Shown piece by piece: positions 29,824-39,762 of a DNA stretch of 64,000 bases. The notes beneath the pieces are model-generated. The model made no database searches and was not told the origin of the DNA. It saw nothing but the letters and a program-made list of their open reading frames with translations. Location of the stretch: positions 12,845 to 76,844 of the forward strand of contig JAUYKM010000016.1 in NCBI GenBank assembly GCA_030699125.1, written 5' to 3'. Positions within the stretch are counted from its first letter, which is position 1. Each line of letters opens with the position of its first letter. Source of the stretch: Candidatus Daviesbacteria bacterium (GTDB lineage: Bacteria > Patescibacteriota > Microgenomatia > Daviesbacterales > UBA10151). Position numbers and translations under genes: made by a program.

Positions 29824-31073
29824 TTAGAAGCTGTAATTTTTATTAATTCAGGGAGAGTAATGAACTTAATTTCTTTCTCTGATCTTTTTTTAATTTCTAA
29901 TTTATCTTCAGTTTTTTTGGAAATTACTACTCTGTATGGAATTCCAATTAAATCACAATCCGCAAATTTTTCACCTGCTGAGGTATTTTCTCTATCATCA
30001 AATAACACTTCAATTTTTTCTTTTTGAAGCTCAGCATAGACTTTTTCAGCGTGATCCTTTACATCAGGATTTTCCAAATCCAATCCCACCAGATGAACTT
30101 GGAATGGTGCTACAGACTCAGGCCAAATAATCCCGCGCTCGTCATGGTGTACTTCCACAATGGTACCCATTAGTCTACTGATCCCAATCCCATAACAACC
30201 CATTACTACCAATTGATCCTTGCCATTTTTATCTTTGAAAGTCAGATCAAAAGCCTCTGAGAAACGGGTCTTCAAGGGAAAAATATTCCCCACCTCTATT
30301 ACTTTGACTTTTTTTAAGGGGCCGTGACCTAAGTCACACTCTTTTCCTTCTTTAACTTCAGTTATTTCCACATTCTCACTAAAATCTCCTCCCGGACAAT
30401 AGATAATTTCATCTTCACCAGCCTCAGCTATGACTTGATATTCGTGAGAAAATTTGGAAAAACTACCTCCTCCTGCTTTTGTTTCTATAGCATCAAGACC
30501 GCACCTTTTAAAAACTTCCCGGTAAGTTTTTTTCATAACCTTATAATATTTATCAAAGTCTCCTTCATCGCTGTGGAATGAGTAGAGATCTTTCATCAAA
30601 AACTCCCGTCCTCTTAAGATGCCGGATTTGGCCCTTGGTTCATCTCGGAATTTGGTCTGGATTTGATAAAGAGATAAGGGTAAGTCTTTATAAGAACTTA
30701 TTAGTTGTTTTACCAAGGGCACCAAAACTTCTTCATGTGTAGGACCTAGGGCATATTCTGCCTCATATCTGGACTCCACCTTAAAAAGTGCATCAAATGA
30801 ATCCCATCTTCCGGTCTTCTGCCAGTTTGATTTATTTTGCAAAGCAGTCAAAAGTATCTCCTGTCCTCCGGCATTATTCATTTCCTCTCTAACAATATTT
30901 GCTATTTTAGTCAGTACAATTAGGCCCAGCGGCAAAAAATTATAAACCCCTGCTACCTCTTTTCTGATAAACCCACCGCGCATCAACAGTTTGGCATTTA
31001 CTGACACTTCATCTTTAGGATCTGTTTTAGAAGTTTTTCCAAAAAGTTTAGAATATTTCATTAATGATCCCAT
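29820..31073 (-). CDS. proS: Prolyl-tRNA synthetase (short form)
   Basis: 417 aa; class II motifs LGPTHEEV, FRDEPRAKSGILRGREFLMKDLYSF. Confidence 0.8.
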   Translation of the reverse strand: MGSLMKYSKLFGKTSKTDPKDEVSVNAKLLMRGGFIRKEVAGVYNFLPLGLIVLTKIANIVREEMNNAGGQEILLTALQNKSNWQKTGRWDSFDALFKVESRYEAEYALGPTHEEVLVPLVKQLISSYKDLPLSLYQIQTKFRDEPRAKSGILRGREFLMKDLYSFHSDEGDFDKYYKVMKKTYREVFKRCGLDAIETKAGGGSFSKFSHEYQVIAEAGEDEIIYCPGGDFSENVEITEVKEGKECDLGHGPLKKVKVIEVGNIFPLKTRFSEAFDLTFKDKNGKDQLVVMGCYGIGISRLMGTIVEVHHDERGIIWPESVAPFQVHLVGLDLENPDVKDHAEKVYAELQKEKIEVLFDDRENTSAGEKFADCDLIGIPYRVVISKKTEDKLEIKKRSEKEIKFITLPELIKITASN

Positions 31074-31103
31074 TGTACTTTTTTTAAGAAAATTTGTGAA
31101 GAG

Positions 31104-32186
31104 TCAGGGGATGATTTTTTTGATATCTGAGAAAGCTACCAGAATTGACAAACCAATTAAAATAACAAAACCAACTGTATGAATAATTCTTTCTATTTCC
31201 GGATGAACTTTTCTTCTAGTTACTGCCTCTATAATAAGGAAGAAAAGTCTGCCTCCATCTAAGGCCGGAATGGGCAATACATTAAAAATTGCCAAAGTTA
31301 AAGATATTACTCCGGTAAACCAAATGTATGGCAGAACTGCTCCCACACTAATAAAGCTATCTGTGATTCTCGCCAAACCAACTGGTCCTGCCACCTGCTG
31401 GGAGGCTTTTTCCACATTACCTGAGGCAACATCACCTATCAATCTTCCTAAGCCCGTGAAAGTTATTCTGGTTAAATCATAAGAATAACTAATTCCGGAA
31501 AAAATTTTCTCCGGTAGAGTTTGATAGATTTTAATGCCGATGGGAGAAAAAACAACCCCGATTAATTTTTCTCCATCTTCTGTTTCTTGAGGGCTAACTG
31601 TCACTTCTCTCTTGAAATTTCCATCCAGATCAGCAATCTGCAAGGTTAGTGGTTGTCCATCCTTTTCCTTAATGACGGAAACAGCCTGTTCAATATCTTC
31701 CATTTTCTTTCCATCAATTGATAAAATCCGATCTCCAACTAGTATACCTGCACCTTGAGCCGGGAATCCTTCTTCTACTCTGGCAATGGATACAATCGGA
31801 TCAGGTGTGGGATAAATAATTCTAAAATTTTGATTAATGATAACTGTATAAAATAAGACCCAGGAAAGAACCAAATTCATGACTACTCCTGTTACAACCA
31901 CTATCATTCTTTTATTAACATGGGCCCTGGCAAAAGACCTCGAATCATTTAATTTATCTTTATCTGTCTCATCCTCACCTGTGAGTTTGACAAAACCTCC
32001 CAGAGGTAACCAGTTTAAAGACCAGACAGTTTCTCCTATTTTTTTGCCAAAAATTCTCGGGGGGATGCCAAAACCGAATTCTTCTACTCTAATGCCAAAT
32101 CTTTTGGCCATGATAAAATGACCAAATTCATGGATAACAACAAGAATTAAGAGGGTTATTATAAAAATTATAACGCTGATAACCAT
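31104..32186 (-). CDS. rseP: Site-2 protease RseP (M50 family)
   Basis: 360 aa; HEFGHFIMAKRFGI (HExxH) in TM1, PDZ domain, LPIPALDGGR. Confidence 0.88.
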   Translation of the reverse strand: MVISVIIFIITLLILVVIHEFGHFIMAKRFGIRVEEFGFGIPPRIFGKKIGETVWSLNWLPLGGFVKLTGEDETDKDKLNDSRSFARAHVNKRMIVVVTGVVMNLVLSWVLFYTVIINQNFRIIYPTPDPIVSIARVEEGFPAQGAGILVGDRILSIDGKKMEDIEQAVSVIKEKDGQPLTLQIADLDGNFKREVTVSPQETEDGEKLIGVVFSPIGIKIYQTLPEKIFSGISYSYDLTRITFTGLGRLIGDVASGNVEKASQQVAGPVGLARITDSFISVGAVLPYIWFTGVISLTLAIFNVLPIPALDGGRLFFLIIEAVTRRKVHPEIERIIHTVGFVILIGLSILVAFSDIKKIIP

Positions 32187-32740
32187 TATATTTGTGTTAA
32201 TTCCTCTTCCTTTGCTTTCCCCAAACTTTCTATTTCCACTATGGCTTTATCTACCAATTCCTGCAGGAGTTTTTCCCTTCTGAAAAACTCGTCTTCACTA
32301 AACTCTCCGTCTTCTTGTGAAGCTTTCCATAAATTTCTAAAATCCTGCCTGACTTGTCTTATTTCAACTCTTGCCTCTTCTATTTTTTGATGCAAAATTT
32401 TAGTAAACTCTTCCCTTCTTTCTGCAGTTAAAGGCGGTATAGGGAGTCTAATTAAAGTCCCTTCATTAGATGGATTCAATCCTAGGTTTGCTTCCTGAAT
32501 AGCTTTTATGACATTTTGTAAAATGGCTGCATCCCAAATTTGGATTGTTAAAAGAGAAGGCTGCGGAGCAGAAATATTCCCTAACTCGATCAGTTTCATT
32601 TTCCCTCCATATGCTTCAACTGCAACATTTTCAATTAAACCTGGATTTGCTCTACCGGCCCTGATAGATGCAATTTCCATTTTATAATGATGTAAAGCAG
32701 CCTCTATTTTTTGGTTTGGTGCAGTCAGCACTGGTTCCAT
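32186..32740 (-). CDS. frr: Ribosome recycling factor
   Basis: 184 aa; RIPIPPLTAERR motif. Confidence 0.9.
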   Translation of the reverse strand: MEPVLTAPNQKIEAALHHYKMEIASIRAGRANPGLIENVAVEAYGGKMKLIELGNISAPQPSLLTIQIWDAAILQNVIKAIQEANLGLNPSNEGTLIRLPIPPLTAERREEFTKILHQKIEEARVEIRQVRQDFRNLWKASQEDGEFSEDEFFRREKLLQELVDKAIVEIESLGKAKEEELTQI

Positions 32741-32743
32741 GAT

Positions 32744-33193
32744 TTATTCTCCCAATGCAATTCTTTCAAATCTGCCTACCTGGATATTTTCTCCCAATTT
32801 GCCACTAATTGATCTAACCAACTGATCCACAGTCTGAGAATTATCTCTAATATATTCTTGTTTAAGTAGCTCTTCAACAGATGATGGATTCATAGAGGCA
32901 ATTTGTAAGGCCAGCTCATGAGCTAAATTTTTAAAATCCTCTAGTCTCGCTACAAAATCTGTTTCACACAAGACTTCTACCAAAACGCCCACTTTCCCAT
33001 TATGTGAGTAAACATCCACCATTCCCGTCCTTACTTCTCTGTCTCCTTTTTTGGCTCCCTTTTCAAACCCTTTTTTCTTTAAATACTCCTTGGCTTTTTC
33101 CATATCTCCAACAGATTCAGAGAGGGCCTCCTTACAATCAGCAATGCCGGCCCCTGTCTGTTCACGCAGTTGTTTTACGAATTGAATATCCAT
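32744..33193 (-). CDS. tsf: Elongation factor Ts (short form)
   Basis: 149 aa; N-terminal LREQTGAGIADCKEAL UBA-like. Confidence 0.85.
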   Translation of the reverse strand: MDIQFVKQLREQTGAGIADCKEALSESVGDMEKAKEYLKKKGFEKGAKKGDREVRTGMVDVYSHNGKVGVLVEVLCETDFVARLEDFKNLAHELALQIASMNPSSVEELLKQEYIRDNSQTVDQLVRSISGKLGENIQVGRFERIALGE

Positions 33194-33252
33194 ATATTTC
33201 TACCGTGTTTCTACTGTATATACTACCAAGATATTCATTGCTTCAAAACTTT

Positions 33253-34092
33253 TTATTCTATAATCCTTTCTGCTTCTTTAACAGCTTCCTTCTCCACCTT
33301 TTCTTCTGCTGCTTCTACTTCTGCTGCTATTTCTCCCTTAACCTCCATCTCATCCTTAACTCTCTGCTTTTCTTCTTTTTTCTCTGCTGCTAATTTTATT
33401 TTACCAGCTTCTTTTTTACCTTCTCCATAAGCAGATGAAATTGTGTCAACCAAAATTTTAATTGATTTAATGGCATCATCATTGCCGGGAATTGGATAAT
33501 CAATTTCCACTGGGTTGGAGTTGGAATCAGCAATGGAGACCACTGTAATTCCCATTCTTCTTGCTTCTCTTATGGCAATATTATCTGAAACTGCATCTAC
33601 TACAAATAGAACATCCGGTAAAGTCTCAAAATCGACTACCCCTTTATAATCTCTTTCTAAATTGGCAATTTTTCTATCAATCAACAGTTGTTCTTTTTTA
33701 GTATATTTTTTAAGTTCTCCCTTTTCTTTTTGCTGCTTTAAATCTTTTAATTTTTTGATATTTTTTAAGACTTCATCAAAATTGGTCAAATATCCTCCCA
33801 CCCATCTTTCAGTAAAGTATGGGACTTCTAGTGATTCGGCTGCTTCCTCTACAATACTTCTGGCCTGTTTTTTAGTTCCCACAAAAAGCAGACTTTTGCC
33901 CATCTTTCCCAGGTTATAAACAAAGTCACAAGCCTCTTTTAAAAATTGGTCAGATTTGGTTAGATCAATAATGTGGACCCCATCCCTGGCACCATAAATA
34001 TATGGCTTCATCCTAGGATGGCCGCGTCTAACCTGGTGTCCAAAATGAACACCAGCTTCTAACAATTCCTGTAAGGTAGGAGTTTTCAACAT
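33253..34092 (-). CDS. rpsB: 30S ribosomal protein S2 with K/E-rich C-terminal extension
   Basis: 279 aa; LLEAGVHFGHQVRR... Confidence 0.92.
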   Translation of the reverse strand: MLKTPTLQELLEAGVHFGHQVRRGHPRMKPYIYGARDGVHIIDLTKSDQFLKEACDFVYNLGKMGKSLLFVGTKKQARSIVEEAAESLEVPYFTERWVGGYLTNFDEVLKNIKKLKDLKQQKEKGELKKYTKKEQLLIDRKIANLERDYKGVVDFETLPDVLFVVDAVSDNIAIREARRMGITVVSIADSNSNPVEIDYPIPGNDDAIKSIKILVDTISSAYGEGKKEAGKIKLAAEKKEEKQRVKDEMEVKGEIAAEVEAAEEKVEKEAVKEAERIIE

Positions 34093-34247
34093 AGTCTCTT
34101 ATCCTCCTCATAGCCAATATGGCTTGCCCCGTACCGAATGGTACTGGGGTCAGAGACTAAAAAGCTATGAGTGTGTAATAGAATATATTCTACAAATTAC
34201 ACTCTTAAAAGTCAATTTAATTGCAAATTGGCCACAAACAACTTATC
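34093..34247 (-). promoter_or_regulatory. Structured rpsB 5' leader (candidate S2 autoregulatory element)
   Basis: 155-nt untranslated region upstream of rpsB. It contains the imperfect hairpin GCCCCGTACC-GAAT-GGTACTGGGGTC and a longer inverted pair GTCTCTTATCC...GGTCAGAGAC. Confidence 0.45.
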
Positions 34248-34688
34248 TTATCTCTTTATTTTAAAGATAATACTATCTAGATGGTCAATCGCTCTCAAGT
34301 ATCCTTCTCTTAATTCTTTTGGTGTTTGACCGTTTAACTCGGTAAGGCTATCCTGAAACATCATCAGTAGTCTTAAAAATTGTCGCTCCTGCATGTCTCT
34401 TATTTGTGGATCAGGGCTTTTTGGATAATCATATGCAATATAATCGGATAATCCGATAAGACCCTGTTGCCTATATCTACTTAGCTTCATCCTGTCCACT
34501 AATTGGTGATCTCTTATACATAGACGAGCAAAATTTTCCTGACTCTTTACGATTGTTGATAAAACTAATCTATGATCTTTACCAGTTTTAACAGGAATAA
34601 TATGATCTCTAGTTAGGGGATTACTCGTATAATCAGTATTTTCCGGGCAGACTAGACATCTTTCAATGCTTCCTAAAAATATTTCCAT
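34248..34688 (-). CDS. HNH-endonuclease-like protein
   Basis: 146 aa; CLVCPE...LTRDHIIPVKTG...N...LCIRDH is a CxxC / DH-I-x-P / N / C..DH HNH-type arrangement. The C-terminal half is unassigned. Sits between rpsB and folA, interrupting the housekeeping context. Confidence 0.5.
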   Translation of the reverse strand: MEIFLGSIERCLVCPENTDYTSNPLTRDHIIPVKTGKDHRLVLSTIVKSQENFARLCIRDHQLVDRMKLSRYRQQGLIGLSDYIAYDYPKSPDPQIRDMQERQFLRLLMMFQDSLTELNGQTPKELREGYLRAIDHLDSIIFKIKR

Positions 34689-34692
34689 GCTT

Positions 34693-35184
34693 TTATCGCT
34701 CCAAATCTAAAAATTTATATTTCAATCCGTCACTTTCATGTTTTTCTTCAAACACCACTTTTTTAAAATCAGAATAATCCGGGAAAAAGGTGTCTGCCTG
34801 GGGATTTCCTTTCACAATAGTTAAGTACAATTTATTAGCTCTTTTAATTGCCTGCTGATAAATCTGGCCCCCACCGATGATGAACACTTCTCCGCCGGCT
34901 GGCGGCTTCTCTTTTTCTTTGACCATCTTCATTGCCTCATCTAAAGAATGTACTGCTAGTACCCCCTCCACATAATAATCTAGATCTCTGGTAATAATAA
35001 TGTTCGTTCTATTTGGTAAAGGATGTCCGATGGATTCAAAAGTTTTTCTGCCCATGATAATCACATGACCCTCTGTTAACTTTCTAAATCTTTTTAAATC
35101 ATCCGGAATACGATAAATTAGTTTATTATTTTTCCCAAGTGCTTTATTGCCAGAGGCAATCACCGCAATCAAGGATATTTTCAT
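34693..35184 (-). CDS. folA: Dihydrofolate reductase
   Basis: 163 aa; IAVIASGNKALGKNN.LIYRIPDDLKRFR..T.GH.IIMGRKTFESIG. Confidence 0.9.
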   Translation of the reverse strand: MKISLIAVIASGNKALGKNNKLIYRIPDDLKRFRKLTEGHVIIMGRKTFESIGHPLPNRTNIIITRDLDYYVEGVLAVHSLDEAMKMVKEKEKPPAGGEVFIIGGGQIYQQAIKRANKLYLTIVKGNPQADTFFPDYSDFKKVVFEEKHESDGLKYKFLDLER

Positions 35185-36143
35185 TAAAAACCTCCAACAA
35201 CAGTCACTTCACCCTTGATGGGTGGGTAGGGATCATATCCTTCCAAAGTAAAATCCTCAAATTTGAAATCATCAATATTTTTAACTTTAGGATTTATCTT
35301 CATTTTTGGAAAAGGTCTTGGCTTCCTTTTCAATTGCTCTTTAACCTGGTTAAAATGGTTACTATAAATATGCACATCACCGAAGGTAAGAATAAACTCT
35401 CCGATTTTTAATCCCACAATTTGAGCAATCATCATTGTAAAGAGTGCATATGAGGCAATATTGAATGGTACCCCCAAGAATAAATCTGCGCTTCTCATAT
35501 AAAGCTGTAAAGATAATCTATTTTTCCGAGTATTTAACTGATAAATAGTATGACAGGGAGGCAGAGCCATTGATTTTCCGGGAGCTGCCATCTCATATAT
35601 AAATTCCGGATTCCAGGCAGAAACGACAATTGATTTTCGAAAAGGCGTGGTTTTCAATTCATCAAGAGCCCAGGCCAATTGATCTATCACCCTGCCATCC
35701 GAAGTTTTCCATCTCCTCCACTGAACCCCATAAACATTTCCCAAATCCCCCCACTTTTTAACAAAAGGATGATTAACTGGCAATTCTTTCATTTTCTGTA
35801 TGAATTCTTCATGTGTTAAACTTTTCACTTTTCCCTTCGCACTTTGCACTTTATATGATTTATAAGCCCACTCATCCCAGATATGTACATCCTGATCCAC
35901 CAAGTATTTAATGTTTGATTCCCCTTTTAAAAACCAAAGTAGTTCATGAATAATCCCTCTTAAAAAGACTTTTTTGGTGGTTAAAAGCGGAAAACCTTTT
36001 GACAAATCAAATCTAAATTGCCTTCCAAAAACAGATCTAATATGTACACCTGGATTATTAAAAACCGGTTTGTTAGTACCATTTTTTAAGATGTCTTTTA
36101 AAAGATCCAAATATTGGTATTCTTCGTGTCTTTGTTTTGCCAT
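35184..36143 (-). CDS. thyA: Thymidylate synthase
   Basis: 319 aa; active-site PPCH (LPPCHTIYQ), [18 protein letters not shown]. Confidence 0.9.
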   Translation of the reverse strand: MAKQRHEEYQYLDLLKDILKNGTNKPVFNNPGVHIRSVFGRQFRFDLSKGFPLLTTKKVFLRGIIHELLWFLKGESNIKYLVDQDVHIWDEWAYKSYKVQSAKGKVKSLTHEEFIQKMKELPVNHPFVKKWGDLGNVYGVQWRRWKTSDGRVIDQLAWALDELKTTPFRKSIVVSAWNPEFIYEMAAPGKSMALPPCHTIYQLNTRKNRLSLQLYMRSADLFLGVPFNIASYALFTMMIAQIVGLKIGEFILTFGDVHIYSNHFNQVKEQLKRKPRPFPKMKINPKVKNIDDFKFEDFTLEGYDPYPPIKGEVTVVGGF

Positions 36144-36144
36144 A

Positions 36145-36729
36145 TCAAACCTGCCTTTCTACTTTTTTTGGGGAAACCCTTCCACCCTGATGTTGTCCTC
36201 TGTATCTAGTAGTTTTTCCCTCTATCTTATGGAAGATTATATTACAAATTCTGGCTCCAAGTTGTAATTTTACAGGAAAAGGTGAAAGATTGGTAAGCCC
36301 CATTGTCAGTTTTCCTACATACCCGGGGTCTGTTTTGGAATTTAGGAGCAGTAACCCGGATCTAAAAAGTGAAGTCCTTGGGTGCAAGATAGGCATCAGG
36401 TCAGAAGGTGTATTTACTTCCTCAAAGGTTTGCACCAAGTAGTATTCTCCTGGTTTTATAGTAACCCAAACTTGATCTTCATTTTCCTCATCAAACTTAG
36501 CAACCTCTTTTGTCTCCACTCCTTTCCTTTTACCATAGCCTGCTTGTCCTGAGCTTGTCGAAGGGTCCACTTCTATATAAGCCCCGCCTTTGATAATTTT
36601 ATGTATTGATCCAAGTCTTAAATCTATACCCACCCCTTCCGGGTTTTTAAGTTCTCTCTTACCTAAATTTTTAATAAGAGAATGCTTCTTTATTCTTTTA
36701 TGAATTTCGTTTATTCCTAGAACGGACAT
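36145..36729 (-). CDS. dCTP deaminase / dUTPase-family paralog (second copy)
   Basis: [32 protein letters not shown]. The ORF-track start (36867) overlaps the upstream dcd by 170 nt. Internal Met at 36729 ([10 protein letters not shown]...) gives a ~195-aa protein of normal size. Contains an in-frame half-element GTCCTGAGCTTGTCGAAGGGTCC (36546-36568) encoding STSSGQAG. Confidence 0.65.
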   Translation of the reverse strand: MSVLGINEIHKRIKKHSLIKNLGKRELKNPEGVGIDLRLGSIHKIIKGGAYIEVDPSTSSGQAGYGKRKGVETKEVAKFDEENEDQVWVTIKPGEYYLVQTFEEVNTPSDLMPILHPRTSLFRSGLLLLNSKTDPGYVGKLTMGLTNLSPFPVKLQLGARICNIIFHKIEGKTTRYRGQHQGGRVSPKKVERQV

Positions 36730-37357
36730 TTTTTCTTTTCCCCCTGATATTTGATACTTCCGGTAATCTGGAACCACCATATCTATTGTTGGGTGAATTT
36801 TTGTATGACCTTTCAACAGAAGAAGATAATTTTTCAAATGAAAAAGCACAGATTGGGGATCCTTCATAAATAACCAATTTTTTTCCCTTTAGAAAAGTGC
36901 CAAATTCCAAAACCGGATGTCCATCCCAACCAGGGTCAAACCTGGCTGCAGTGGAGTGCACTACCACTCCCAGTCTGGCCAGAGAAGATTTTCCATGCAG
37001 ATGTCCTACAATATCATTTGGCAAAGTTAATCTTTCTTTGGTGGTGGCTATCACAAAATCGTGTTCTGTTAAAATAAATGGTTGGCCCATCTTTAGTTCC
37101 ACTAGTCTCATCATTGATTCCATATCTTCTTTGGTGGCAAATTTAGTATCAATGGTATTTAAACCTTCATCTGTAAAAACTCTTAATTTATTTCCCAAAT
37201 GAAAATCTATAGTAACTTCATCAACCTGACTTTCCCAATTCTTGGGAAGGGGATCAATTTTTATCAGTCCTTTCTTGATATGTTCTCTAATTGACCAATC
37301 AGGAAGAGTTCCTGAAATATCGGCAGTATTTTTTTTAGAGGTTTTTTTCCTTGCCAT
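36698..37357 (-). CDS. dcd: dCTP deaminase
   Basis: DWSIREHIKKG...IDP, TIDFHLG, GKSSLARLGVVVHSTAARFDPGW, C-terminal ...NNRYGG resemble E. coli Dcd. N-terminal ~20 aa of the track ORF may be an over-extension. Confidence 0.75.
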   Translation of the reverse strand: MARKKTSKKNTADISGTLPDWSIREHIKKGLIKIDPLPKNWESQVDEVTIDFHLGNKLRVFTDEGLNTIDTKFATKEDMESMMRLVELKMGQPFILTEHDFVIATTKERLTLPNDIVGHLHGKSSLARLGVVVHSTAARFDPGWDGHPVLEFGTFLKGKKLVIYEGSPICAFSFEKLSSSVERSYKNSPNNRYGGSRLPEVSNIRGKRKNVRSRNKRNS

Positions 37358-37399
37358 AATTTTTATGCTTACCCAATTTAACGATTTGAGTTATTTTTT

Positions 37400-38056
37400 T
37401 CAAGAGGGCAGTTTTTTTGATATGACTTTTATCAATTCTCGAAAAATATCATTTTTATTTCTCAAGTTACCATCTCTCATACAATTTATTACTTCCCAAT
37501 TTTTTTCATCTTGAGATAATTTAAGATAAATTTTTGCAGCTTTTCCTTCATGAACAAGATTTTCTTCATGGATATCTTTCAGATGATCCTTTATGGCATT
37601 TTGCTGACCTACTTTCGCGTCAAGTTTTAAGAGAATTGTTAAATTTGGTTTTGGCATTCCATTTGTCTGATATTCCAGTTCCTCTAACCACTTAAGGAAA
37701 TTTTCTCTTTCTTTATCAACTAAATTGGCTCCCTGGTGAGCCTTATTAGAAGAAATATACCTATTGGCAATCACCAATTTCCCCTGATCTAACCACCCTC
37801 TAATAAGATCTCTAGCCGTTAATCTATCATTGGCATAAAGTTTGGCAATTGAGTATGGATCCAAATCTTCAGTCAGACCCATTTTTCCTTCTAAATATCT
37901 TTTAATTTGTACAGTATATTTATTTTTACCATACTGAGGAAAAGAAATAATTTCAAAAGGAATATTTTTTTGTTTTAAATATTGGGAAAGCAAGTCAATT
38001 TGGGTGGTCTTACCAGACCCATCTATCCCATCTATAACAATCAGCTTACCTTTCAT
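37400..38056 (-). CDS. tmk: Thymidylate kinase
   Basis: 218 aa; LIVIDGIDGSGKTTQ P-loop. Confidence 0.9.
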   Translation of the reverse strand: MKGKLIVIDGIDGSGKTTQIDLLSQYLKQKNIPFEIISFPQYGKNKYTVQIKRYLEGKMGLTEDLDPYSIAKLYANDRLTARDLIRGWLDQGKLVIANRYISSNKAHQGANLVDKERENFLKWLEELEYQTNGMPKPNLTILLKLDAKVGQQNAIKDHLKDIHEENLVHEGKAAKIYLKLSQDEKNWEVINCMRDGNLRNKNDIFRELIKVISKKLPS

Positions 38057-39663
38057 AACTTCACTTTTGATGCAGCTTTGACAAAGCCTACGAATAATGG
38101 GTGAGGCGCGAGAGGTCTGGATTTTAATTCCGGATGAAATTGAGTGCCTATAAAAAACGGGTGATTTTTAAGCTCAATCACTTCCACTAATTTTCCATCA
38201 GGAGTTGTTCCCGAAACCATAAATCCTTTTTTCTCCAACTCATCTTTGAATTTATTATTAAACTCATATCTGTGTCGGTGTCTCTCGGAAATATCTTTTT
38301 TCCCATAAAGAGAGCAAGCTATACTTCCCTCCTTTAATACACAATCCCATGCCCCGAGTCTCATTGTAGCTCCATAGTTTCTCTCCAACAGCTTTTTCTC
38401 CTGATCCGGCATAATATGGATCACTGGATAGGCAGTTTTGGGATCGATCTCTGTGGTGTTGGCATCTTTGTATCCTAAAACATTTCTGGCAAATTCCACC
38501 GTGGCAAGCTGCATGCCGTAACATAAACCAAAATAAGGAATCTGATTTTCTCTGCAATATTTTATGGTAACAATTTTTCCTTCAATATCACGCGATCCAA
38601 AACCACCCGGTACTATAATCCCCTGAAAACCTTTTAGGATACTACCATCTTTCAAAACTTTCCCTGCATCAACCCAGTGGATCTCCGGCTTTAACCCTTG
38701 CGTCCAGGAAGCATGTTTAATTGCCTCAATTACTGATACGTATGCATCAGCCAGGGTATAATCCCCTGTTGCAAAATATTTACCAACAATGCCAATTTTT
38801 ACCACTTTCTTTGAATTATCAATTTTGGCAACGAAATCTTTCCAATCTTTTAGATCCTTTTGACTTTTCTTTAATTTTAATTTGCCTAAAATTTTCTGAA
38901 CTAAATTTTGCTCTTCATATCCTAAGGGAACTTTATAAATGCTGTCTACATCCGGGGCTGAAATTATGTATTCAGGATCCAAACCGGAGGAAACAGCCAA
39001 TTTTTTGCGTCTGAATTCATCTATTGGTTTTTCAGCTCGGGCTAAAATAATATCCGGTTGAATCCCTACCGCATTTAAATCTCTAACAGACATCTGAGCC
39101 GGCTTTGATTTTAATTCTCCAATTGAGGGAGGCACTGGTAAATAAGTTATATGAACATGAATCACATCATCGTGTTTTTTAAGTTTTAAAAGCCTGTTTG
39201 CCTCTAAAAATAACATATTTTGATACTCGCCTGCTGTTCCCCCAATCTCTACTAATACAACATCTGCATTCCTCATCTTTCCGGCTTGATGAATCCTTTC
39301 TATTATCTCCTCAGTCACATGATTAATATCCACAAATTCTCCGTCATATTCCAAATTTCTTTCTTTTTGTAAAACTGTCAGATAAATTGAACCTTGAGTA
39401 GCAATATTATTTTTATCCAAAGATTCATTTAGGAATCTTTCATAATGACCCAAGTCCTGGTCTGTTTCTATACCATCATCCAAGACAAACACCTCACCGT
39501 GTTCTATTGGGTTCATAGTGCCGGCATCAACATTTAAGTAGGGATCCATTTTTAAGGGAGAGACTTTAAATCCTGCTGATTTTAAAAGAAGGGCAATTGA
39601 GGCAGTAGCAATACCTTTACCAATTCCACTAATAACACCACCACTGACAAATATGTATTTCAT
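38053..39663 (-). CDS. pyrG: CTP synthase
   Basis: 536 aa; N-terminal IFVSGGVISGIGKGI, GATase GLCYGMQ. Confidence 0.92.
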   Translation of the reverse strand: MKYIFVSGGVISGIGKGIATASIALLLKSAGFKVSPLKMDPYLNVDAGTMNPIEHGEVFVLDDGIETDQDLGHYERFLNESLDKNNIATQGSIYLTVLQKERNLEYDGEFVDINHVTEEIIERIHQAGKMRNADVVLVEIGGTAGEYQNMLFLEANRLLKLKKHDDVIHVHITYLPVPPSIGELKSKPAQMSVRDLNAVGIQPDIILARAEKPIDEFRRKKLAVSSGLDPEYIISAPDVDSIYKVPLGYEEQNLVQKILGKLKLKKSQKDLKDWKDFVAKIDNSKKVVKIGIVGKYFATGDYTLADAYVSVIEAIKHASWTQGLKPEIHWVDAGKVLKDGSILKGFQGIIVPGGFGSRDIEGKIVTIKYCRENQIPYFGLCYGMQLATVEFARNVLGYKDANTTEIDPKTAYPVIHIMPDQEKKLLERNYGATMRLGAWDCVLKEGSIACSLYGKKDISERHRHRYEFNNKFKDELEKKGFMVSGTTPDGKLVEVIELKNHPFFIGTQFHPELKSRPLAPHPLFVGFVKAASKVKL

Positions 39664-39727
39664 TTATTTTGGGGAATCCGTCTAAATATGAGGTATTTTC
39701 GAGGCCCTCAATATAATACTAAATTCC

Positions 39728-39749
39728 GTTGATACTTGCAAGTATCAAC
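39728..39749. promoter_or_regulatory. Perfect 22-bp palindrome GTTGATACTTG|CAAGTATCAAC upstream of pyrG
   Basis: Read directly. Lies 65-86 nt upstream of the pyrG start codon and 14 nt downstream of the preceding gene's stop. Candidate operator or terminator hairpin. Confidence 0.45.
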
Positions 39750-39762
39750 TCCAGGTTACAGT

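Noticed and set aside
36730-36867. N-terminal 46 residues of the track's 240-aa dcd-paralog ORF
   Set aside because: They would overlap the upstream dcd gene by 170 nt in another frame. Internal Met at 36729 gives a normal-length protein.
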